Assembly (NCBI RefSeq): GCF_963676685.1
Contig: NC_092347.1
Coordinates: 2,728,001-2,792,000 of the forward strand
Direction of reading: 5' to 3'
Source of the DNA: Mytilus edulis
Taxonomy: Eukaryota
DNA length: 64,000 nucleotides
Shown: piece by piece, positions 54,108-64,000 of the stretch
How the letters are laid out: the number at the start of each line of letters is the position of its first letter
Numbering within the stretch: the first letter of the stretch is position 1
Translations under genes and position numbers: made by a program
Notes under the pieces: model-generated
The model's database searches: none
What the model was told of the DNA's origin: nothing
What the model saw: the letters and a program-made list of their open reading frames with translations, nothing else

Positions 54108-56268
54108 TAGTCCGAGATTACTCTGACGTCCAACAGCTGTTTTGCCAGACAAGCTGGGGCCGTGGGACGTCAGAGCTTGTCCCATATCAAAAAGTGGATG
54201 TTTTCCTTCTTGTTTGCCCACCCAAAATAGATGCGCTGCTTCGTCGCTTCTGGTGCCGATTGAGGGCCTTGGAATTATATAAATCGAGCATCAATCTGTT
54301 CATTTTTCATTTGTCTCTTCATTTATGTAAGTTTCACCTACCTGCCAACCTTAATTTTTCCATATTTTAACAGTTTTCACAGAGGCCCATCGATTTCTGC
54401 ATTTTGACTTTCACTTTCAAATGGACGTCAAGTTACGAGAGAGTTGGTGGCCTCGAGACTCAAATATGCAAATATTTATATTTTTTCACCTCCTTTATAG
54501 GAGATCTATGTTTAACATTTAGAAGCCAACCTTGATATTTCACCTCCTTTCAAGAGATCGGTATTAAGCATTTAGTTCCGACCATGATAACAATTGGAAG
54601 CTCTCGGACATTTACATAACTTGCATAGTAAATGAACGAGGTGTTACATTTTGGTCATTTGCACTGTTTCTCGTGGTCACGTGACAATCTTTGAAAATGA
54701 AAGTCAAAATGCAGAAATCGATGGGTCTCTATGAAAACTGTTAAAATATGGAAAAATAAAGGTTGGCAGGTAGGTAAAACTGACATAAATGAAGAGATAA
54801 ATTAAAAATGAACAGATTGATGCCCGATTCATATAATTCCAAGGCCCTCAATCGGCACCAGAAGCGACGAAGCAGCGCATCTATTTTGGGTGGGCAAATA
54901 TCCATTTTTAGCTCACCTGACCTGAAAGGTCAAGTGAGCTTTTCTCATCACTTGGCGTCCGTCGTCCGTCGTCCTGCGTCCGTCGTCTGTCGTCCGTCGT
55001 CCGTAAACTTTTACAAAAATCTTCTCCTCTGAAACTACTGGGCCAAATTCTACCAAACTTGTCCACAATCATCCTTGGGGTATCTAGTTTAAAAAATGTG
55101 TGGCGTGACCCGTCAAACCAACCAAGATGGCCGCCATGGCTAAAAATAGAACATAGGGGTAAAATGCATTTTTTGGCTTATAACTCAAAAACCAAAGCAT
55201 TTAGAGCAAATCTGTCAAAGGGTAAAATGGTTGATCAGGTCAAGATCTATCTGCCTTGAAATTTTCAGACGAATAGGACAACCTGTTGTTGGGTTGCTGC
55301 CTGTGAAATGGTTATTTTAAGGAAATTTTGCAGTTTTTGGTTATTATCTTGAATACTATTATAGATAGAGATAAACTGTAAACAGCAATAATGTTCAGCA
55401 AAGTAAGACCTACAAATAAGTCAACATGACCAAAATTGTCAGTTGACCCCTTAAGGAGTTATTGCCCTTTACAGTCAATTTTTAACAACTTTTCGTCATT
55501 TTTTGTAACTTTTCTAAAAATCTTCTTCTCCAAAACTACTTTGCCAAATTTAACCAAACTTGGCCACAATTATCATTGTGGTTTATAGTTTAAAAATGTG
55601 TCCGATGACCCAGCCTGCCAAACAAAATGGCCGACATGGCTAAAATTAGAACATAGTGGTAAAATGCAGTTTTTGCTTTATATCTTTGAAACTAAGACAT
55701 TTAGGGCAAATCTTTCAAGATTAAAATGTCCATCAGAATAAGATATATCACCTCACAAATTTTGAGTTGAATCGGACAACCTGTTGTTGGGTTGCTGCCC
55801 TAAAATTGTTGATTTTAAGGAAATTTTGCAGTTTTTGGTTATTATCTTGAATACTATTATAGATAGAGATAAACTGTAAACAGCAATAATGTTCAGCAAA
55901 GTAAGATCTACAAATAAGTCAGCATGATCAAAATTGTTAGAGGACCCCTTAAGGAGTTATTGCCCTTTATAGTCAATATTGAACAACTTTTCGTCATTTT
56001 TGTAACTTGTATAAAAATCTTTTTTAAAACGACTTGGCCAAATTTAACCAAACTTGGCCACAATCATAATACTAGGGTATCTATTTTTAAAAAAAGTGTC
56101 TAATGACCCCGCCTACCAACAAAGATGGCCGACATCAGTAAACACATTAACAGGTGAGCGACACAGGCTCTTGAGAGCCTCTAGTTTTATATGAGACGAG
56201 CTCTGACGTCCCACAGCCCCAGCTTGTCTGGCAAAACAGCCGTTGGACGTCAGAGTAATCTCGGACTA
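54108..56268. mobile_element. hAT-type MITE with long palindromic arms and 8-bp TSD AAATTTAC
   Basis: TIR TAGTCCGAGATTACTCTGACGTCC... / ...GGACGTCAGAGTAATCTCGGACTA. TSD at 54100-54107 and 56269-56276. Arm 54190-54425 pairs with 54690-54905. Confidence 0.92.
54907..56186 (+). mobile_element. HINE (Helentron-derived) nested in the hAT MITE, about 500-bp tandem cores
   Basis: 5' AGCTCACCTG, (CGTC)n tract, cores at about 55015, 55516 and 56013, subterminal CAGGTGAGCG, 3' hairpin AGGCTCTTGAGAGCCT, inserted in a T run. Confidence 0.9.
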
Positions 56269-57460
56269 AAATTTACTTGCCATGAGCCACCAGAAAGGTT
56301 ACACTACAAGAACAGCTTACCCTTCCAGAGTGCCTGAGTTTACTCCTTCTTGTTGATGTGATCAGGTATAAATAGTTTCATCACAAGTTTGTCTGTGTAA
56401 AGTTGAGGAATGTTGGCTGGTTTTTAATATTAAATCTATATCAAATTGATAATATAGTCATAAATTTGGTTAAAAATCATATTTTAGAGATTTATAACAA
56501 TATGTGATGAAACAAAAAAAACCCAGAAAACTACAATCTTTAGATATTTCTAGATTAAAATTGAATCATATTTTGAATTTAACAACCAATTTTTAAGCTT
56601 CAAAATTCATGTTTGATTCAAATTTTGATTGGGTTAAACAAATGAAATATGTAGTTAACATACTTTTTCACACGTTATTTTTAATCTTAAATTGTATCTT
56701 TAAAATCTCATGCCTTTGAAAGGGTATAAACAGGATTATTGATCAGTTTCATTTGACAATGTGTGATGCAATTTAGTTGAAAATTATGTGTTCAAATTCA
56801 GGAGTATAAATGTTAATTTTATATGTGTATGAATTTTAATTTCAGATTTACTGTTTAAACAAATCGAATAAACATTAATCTACTTTTATCATTTATAAAT
56901 CATGTGCCAATTTCCTATTCTCATGCATATTCAAAATTGCACAGTAGTAACCCGTAGTATGCAGTTGAATAGACATTTTACTCATTTTAATTTCATGTTC
57001 TCTGTATTCTCATATAAATTTTTCTGATGAAATCTTAGTCTAATCATGTTAATAATTTGTTTTTATATCCTTGAAATAATTTGTGTAATGTAAATAAAAT
57101 GAAATAATTATGATCTTGTTATTAGTTTTATTGGTTAAACATGTTAAATGATGCAGAATTACTTTTGATATCTAGATACTGTGACTTTTCAGTTATGATA
57201 GAAGACCTATAAATATATATATATAAAATGCTGATAACCAACCATCAATGTAACAGTTTCAAGACATTATTTTTACCAATTAGTTGTTTTTTAATACCTT
57301 CAGTTACAGTTAACATTTCAGTAACATGTTTTTTATGACAATTTCTCTGAAATTTTATCATTTCAAATGATTGTATTGTTTGAATGACTATGTGTATGCA
57401 TGGTGTGTTTGTGAGAGAACTATTTACTAGGTCCGAACAGGTTCGAGATTTGTTTCTATT

Positions 57461-58238
57461 TTGATGCCCCACCTACGATAGTAGAGGGGCATTATGTTCT
57501 CTGGTCTGTGGCTCCGTTCATCCATCTGTGCTTCCGTTCATCCGTCTGTCTGTGCGTCCGTTCAGGTTAAAGTTTTTGGTCAAGGTAGTTTTCGATGAAG
57601 CTGAAGGCCAATCAACTTGAAACTTAGTACACCTGTTGCTTATGATATGATCTTTTTAATTTTAAAGCCAAATTAGACTTTTGACCCCAATTTCACCGTC
57701 CACTGAACCTAGAAAATGAAAGTGGGAGTTTCAGGTTAAAGTTTTTGGTCAAGGTAGTTTTTGATGAAGCTGAAGTCCAATCAACTTGAAACTTAGTACA
57801 CTTGTTGCTTATGATATGATCTTTCTAATTTTAAGCCAAATTAGACTTTTGACCCCAATTTCACCGTCCAATGAACATAGAAAATGAAAGTGGGAGTTTC
57901 AGGTTAAAGTTTTTGGTCAAGGTAGTTTTTGATGAAGCTGAAGTCCAATCAACTTAAAACTTAGTAAATTTGTTCCTTATGATATGATCTTTTTTATTTT
58001 AAAGCCAAATAAGACTTTTGACCCCAATTTCACGGTCCACTAAACATAGAAAATGAAAGTGGGAGTTTCAGGTTAAAGTTTTTGGTCAAGTTAGTTTTTG
58101 ATAAAATTGAAGTCCCTATAGTATAATCTTTCTAATTTTAATGCCAAATTAGATTATTACCCAATTTCACAGTCCATGCAACATGGTAAAGGATAGTGCG
58201 AGTGGGGCATCCGTGTACTTTGGACACATTCTTGTTTT
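57461..58238 (+). mobile_element. HINE, same family as 36762-37233, with about 4 x 169-bp cores
   Basis: Same termini. Cores start at 57563, 57732, 57900 and 58069. Confidence 0.9.
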
Positions 58239-61200
58239 ATATGAATCTGTGAAATAGTATGAATGTATAAAACCTTATCTTTCTGTGAATAAAACAATGT
58301 GTCAATAATTATGTTATGCCATGTATATAGTCCATTGTTGTTTGTTAATGAAACCTTTGCCATAAAGCCCAAATATAATTTTTAATCCTAAAATTTTGTT
58401 TAGCTTCGCCTTAAGGTTGTACACAACACCTTGACTAATATTAATTTGGCTCGTTTAATTTTCATAAATTTTTTACAAAATGTTTAAATCAACCCTTTGA
58501 CAAAACTTCAAAAATTATTCAAAAATTTCAACCAACCACTTTATCAGAAATATTTCATTGATTGACAATATCAGTTTGACAAACACTAATTTTGATCATT
58601 GAGAAGCGTAATATTTCCCTAACAATTCAACATGATTAAAACGTTTAGCTGATTTTTACAGAGTTATATCCCTATAGTGTTAGGTACCAACACTATTCTA
58701 GACATGGACTGTACATAATATAAATGCACTATCTATGAAAACTATTATAAAATAGTGCAGATGGGCAGCAGGACAAGGTGTACAAATATATAAGCATGGC
58801 AGAATATATGTTGGTCAACACTTTATAGACGTTATTGACCTTCAATGATGATTTTTGTACACATGTTGGATAAAAGTGTTGGTGGATAGTTCAAATGACC
58901 AGTAATATAAGATCTATATGTTATTATAGTGTGGGGAGATTGTCTGGCAACTCTTATTTAAATAATACACCTCAAATGATTATTTTTGTTAACCCAATGT
59001 GCGCATTATTGAAGATGCAGGTAATCAACAACACAAGTGTATTACAATAAAACTTATTCATAGAAAGCTTTTAAAGTTTCATATAAAGAGTTTCTGGATA
59101 TGGTACAAAATGTTGAAAATCTAATTCTAATATTTTGCTTATAAAATGAAACAAGATATTGTATTGCACACCTATTTCAAACAATGAATGATTCACTGTT
59201 GACAATGTAAAAGAAATGTCTAAATTGAGTTGGAAAAAACTGGTCTTATATGTGGACTCTAAAAATGTTTGACTACTTTTACCAATTTTGACTTGTATGG
59301 AGAGTTGTCTCTTTTGCACTCCTACCAGTCCGCATCATCTTATACCTATCTAGCAGTTTTTGGAAAGATTAGAACTTGTTCTAAATCTTTACTTAGGCAC
59401 CGGCCTCCCCTAACAACAGGACAGGTTAGCTACTGTGTTACTAAATGTATTCACACTGAAATATAGTTCCCTATGGTTATGATGTATGTGCACATAATAC
59501 ATATATAAACTGAAAAAAACTTGGTATATTATTGGAGCAGTTCATTCAAGAATGTATGTCATTAAGGTGTGTTGGTGTGCAGGCTTTTTAAAAAACATTT
59601 TAATTAGGTAACTGGGTATTGATTCAACTAGTATGATTGACAACTGTCATTATCACTAAACAATCAGAGACAAGGTGGACCTTTAATTACAATGCCCCAC
59701 CTCCTAAACTGCCAATCAAATTGACCACATTACCTATCAACCTCAGTCTTACATAATCATACAGACCACTCAATATAATTCTTAATATACAAGTATTTGA
59801 CCTCATAATTGAATATACAAATGTGTATATTAGATGTTTGATATTTATAAGGATGATAGATTTATTTATTGCCAATTACTTTTGATCTACATTACATAAA
59901 GTGATTTTGTAAATTATATCTGAAAGATAAATGATTAATGGATTAACAAGATCTTAAAAAAATTAAATATGAATATAAATATGAATAAATAAAAGGTATT
60001 CAAGTAAGGCCTATAATTTACTTGATAAATTTCCAATAATCATCTGTAATTAATCAACAATTAAATTGGTACACTTTTTTTTTTTATCAGGAATTGGCTT
60101 GAAACAGTTTAAAAATTTTAAAACTTTTAATTATAACAAACCATTGTTTATTAGTTTATTTCTCATCAATCATTATGTCTATTTTAGTCATTTACGTTGA
60201 AAAAGTACATTTTCAATGCCCTGTGTTGAAAAATACTTTAAAAATTGATCAAAAGGCACTCTAAAACTTTTAATCTTCAATGCCATATAACCTCTGTTTC
60301 AACTCTCTGTTTCAACTTACAAAATGCCCCAAAACAACATTTTTCAATTATTTTTTTTTGACACTTTAAAGTTTTAAGCTGTTGGTCAAGATTTATGTCT
60401 TACAAGGATAGTTGGTAACATTTACTAGAAGAATTTTTGCATTCTTTTGTTTTTTTGATACATGTTCAGAACCGGCAACATAATTTCGATAAGATATAAA
60501 CTGCAGTTTAAATAAAATTGTGCAAATTAAGAGACCCATATTATTTAATTTGAGCTCATTTTATCCTCATACTGGAAAAGCAAGTTTCCTTCTAAAGACC
60601 TGCTGTAAATACAATTTTCAGCAATAGTGCTTTATAAATGTCCATTTTTCCCCACCATACCTTAATATGAAATAATTCAAACTACTCTTCTAATCTTTCC
60701 ATGAGTGATTTCCATCACTTTGATTAAAATAGACTTAGTATAAAAAATAGCCGTTTGTAGTGAACTACAGGAAATACCATAATCATTTGCTTATTCAAAT
60801 ATGCTTTTTAACATATCTGTATCAATTTGCACGTCTTCTATTACTATTGCCTTTTCTTTAATTTGTTATTATTTTTACATGTAAATATTTTTTGGGTATT
60901 TCGAATCATAGATGTTTACAACCAGAAGACTGTCTTATGCATATGTGCGTATGACCCATTGTTGTACTTCGGCTGATTTATGCTCTTTGATCAGGTTGTT
61001 GTCTCTTTGACTCATTCACCATTTCCATTCTCAATTGTATATGCCTTGCTGAAAGGAAACCTTCGATTTTTCATTCTCTTTAATAAATGGAAGGTTACTG
61101 AATGGTAGATGAACAGTTTCAGAAAGTCGTTTAGCATTCTGACTCTCATTCTGGGTTAAAATATTATTGACATTGCATATGTAACAATAATTATATTTAA

Positions 61201-62525
61201 CAAATCTTGGGTAACTCAAAACGTTTTGAGACCATTCAACTTGCACACATTGGCATGTAACATTGTAGAAGTTCCGTAAAAATATGAGTCTATAGAAAAC
61301 CAAGGCAATCATGTTTGCAAGGAAAATTATTGCAAAGGTCGATTTTCTCAGCATCTTTAATATCATTTGATAATACCTTGATTAGGGAGATCCCGGGAGT
61401 CCTAAATTATTTCCCCAACTGCTGTTCCTATGCCATTATAATACATATGCACTTAAGTTTGATTGCTCTTCAAAGTTGAAATGTTAAAGTCACTGTGGCA
61501 CTGTGACGTACGCTTGTAAATACAAGTCATATCAGATTTTTTTTGGCAGTCGACAAAACATCATTTCACACGAACGTGCCATGTTCTTATTAAAAGCTGA
61601 AATACATTTTAAACATACAATACGTCTAGATGTTCTAATGTTTTTGATCGAATTGTCACATAGAATATCCTTATACACTTCCTTTTAAGCAGTTTGATAT
61701 TTAGAAAATTGGATTTAGCAAGTTAAATTTAAATTCTTTCAAAGTATTGTCAATATAAATTAATTCTAAAACTAAAATCACAGTGCTGTGAATGAACTAT
61801 AATCATTCCATTATATAGATATAATGAATAAGCGTTGATTCTAGAAAAATACACACATTGAGCCCGTAGGTTAAAAAGTAAAATCACAAAAATACTGAAC
61901 TCCGAGGAAAATTCAAAATGGAAAGTCCCATCATCAAAAATGAAAAGCTCAAACACATCAAACGAATGGATAAAAACTGTTATATTCCTGACTACGAATG
62001 CATGGTTTGTATGAACAGACAACGTGCAGTTTATTTGCATAATGTTTGGTTAAAGTATAGCAGAAATAGCATCGATATTAACATAGTAGGTCAGTGTCTG
62101 TTTTAGACATCAAATGTAGATGAAAATTGTTAAATTTAGGTAGTCGAAGGAACAATTGTTCCCCGAGATGGATTCTTACATTGAGGTTATATAAAACTAA
62201 GAAAATAAAGTATGACTGGCATTGGGACAACTCTCCATCAGACTAAAATGAAGAAGAAGGTAACATCTATAGGTCACTGTCTGGCCTTTAACAACGAGGA
62301 CTGACTTGGGGCAGGCACATGATTGTTAATCATTGAGTATCAGAATTCATCATTCAGAAATAAGAAAATATTTTATTCTTTAATTATAGGATTTGTTTAG
62401 CAAATAATCGTCCAAATTTTACGTCTCGCTCCGTTCGACAGTATCTATTTTATTGTCTGGATTTAATTCCCCCTTGTAAAACATTCAAGATCCACCCCTG
62501 CAACTGGCTAAATCTAATAAATGTA

Positions 62526-63000
62526 CACAGGCAAAATTAGCTCACATGAATTTCACATCAATCTCACGTGAAATTCACATGAAAAATTTCATGTGAGATT
62601 CACCTCAATCGAGCTTATACATGAAACTCACGTGAAAATTTTCATGTGAATTTCACGTGAATTGAGATTCACATGATTCTGATGTGAAATTTTTCACATG
62701 AATTTCACGTGAAATTTACAACAAAAAAAATTTTCATGCTTTTAATTAAATTTGAAAATTTATATGTTATTTGAATTACTCTATTTTAAAAATTCATGTG
62801 AATTTCACATGAAAAATTTTACGTGATTTTCATGTTAAATTCACATGAGTTTCACATGAGAATCACGTGAAACTCACAAAAAATGTTTTCACGTGAGTTT
62901 CACGTATAAGCTCGTTTGAGGTGAAATTGATGTGAATTTCACGTGAGATTCACATGAATTTAAATTCACGTGAAATTGATGTGAGTGAAATTTGCCTGTG
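62526..63000. mobile_element. Palindromic MITE with TA TSD, built from TTCAC(A/G)TGA(A) repeats
   Basis: TA|CACAGGCAAA...TTTGCCTGTG|TA. The two halves are reverse complements. Confidence 0.88.
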
Positions 63001-64000
63001 TAGTTGATAGTACATACAAAATGAAAAACCCAACAAAAAAGAAAGTTAAAACATAAGTAAAATATAATTTACACAAGGGTAAAGAAAATGAAAACAACAC
63101 TCCTCATGCGTCGGAATAGCAACTCTGGACCCACCTGATATTGTACAAAATAAAGGGAAAACAGTTAAAACAATTGTACACAACTTTGGCACCTTTGATC
63201 TTGAATTGAATTGAAGACAGACTTGTATTATATATGAAGTAAATACTAAATATTTATCTTTGATTGTAAGTAGGCATGCACTCTTTTTTTTTATTCTATT
63301 CGACAAAACCCTGGCTCGTTCATTTCTTTGCTCACCCACGGATGTCGTTTAAAAACGCTTTACTAAATTCTTCTATAGTTACAAAGATTCGGTTTTCAAG
63401 TTTGGCTGTACCTGAAGAAAAAAGTTATGTCATACGGAAAAGCACATCCTAAATTGTACGGTGATGTTTTAACAAGCCCGGTAATTTAGATACAAAAGTA
63501 CAAACGTCGGGAGTGTTTTGCTATTCGTACTCGACATCTCACTTCAAAGTTGAACTCGAATTATCAATTTCAAATTAATATGGACAATGTTAAAGTTGCA
63601 GGTGTAATGTACTTTATGTAGATATTTTATAGACAGCATTGTACCTTAAAACTTATAAGAATTTCGTAACCGTCTGTTTCTATCTAGTTCAATTTATGAT
63701 ATGTCACATATCAAATCTATTTTTCGTTAATTCGTAGACGCTATATATGGGAACTTATATAACTTGAGGATTCAAAGACTTTTGTTAATAACGGAAAAGT
63801 ATTATCTTTTTTATCATATAAACATTACTCCTATGGGAAATAATTTCAATGTTGGTAGACGCAAAGCCATCTTATAAATATTATTGAAAAATGATTACAT
63901 GTATAGTCTGGCACACAAGAGATAGGTAAAAAGATAAAATAAAGTCGAATGACCGAAAAACAAAGCTTATAATTGCGGAGCAGAAATTGGTAACAAGGCA

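Overview
AT-rich, intron-containing eukaryotic DNA. The repeat families suggest a bivalve mollusc, probably Mytilus-like (inferred from recalled repeat families, no database check). Four spliced protein-coding genes can be built by hand: (1) a type I membrane protein, paralog A (+, 5240-12445); (2) an uncharacterised two-exon gene (-, 16499-20502); (3) paralog B of gene A (+, 23176/30020-40449); (4) NEIL1 DNA glycosylase (+, 47609-53953, 6 exons, about 426 aa). Both membrane paralogs carry PSAP and PPxY motifs in their cytoplasmic tails. The rest is mostly mobile DNA: Penelope-like RT fragments, tRNA-derived SINEs, a decayed LTR gag, an RTEX-like LINE, Helentron-type HINEs, a hAT MITE with a nested HINE, an E-box-rich MITE and minisatellites. 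Two observations stand out. First, a 10.9-kb foldback-type element (23187-34128, long internally repetitive TIRs, CAG target duplication) sits at codons 3-4 of paralog B's signal peptide, and an exon inside it can splice back in frame through the element's own end. Second, a Ngaro/DIRS-like module (-, about 42130-44441) has lost its RT but keeps intact tyrosine recombinase and SGNH hydrolase ORFs, each opened by a phase-1 splice acceptor, followed by 4-5 covarying hairpins that fold best as sense-strand RNA. All gene models are manual splice reconstructions without transcript data.
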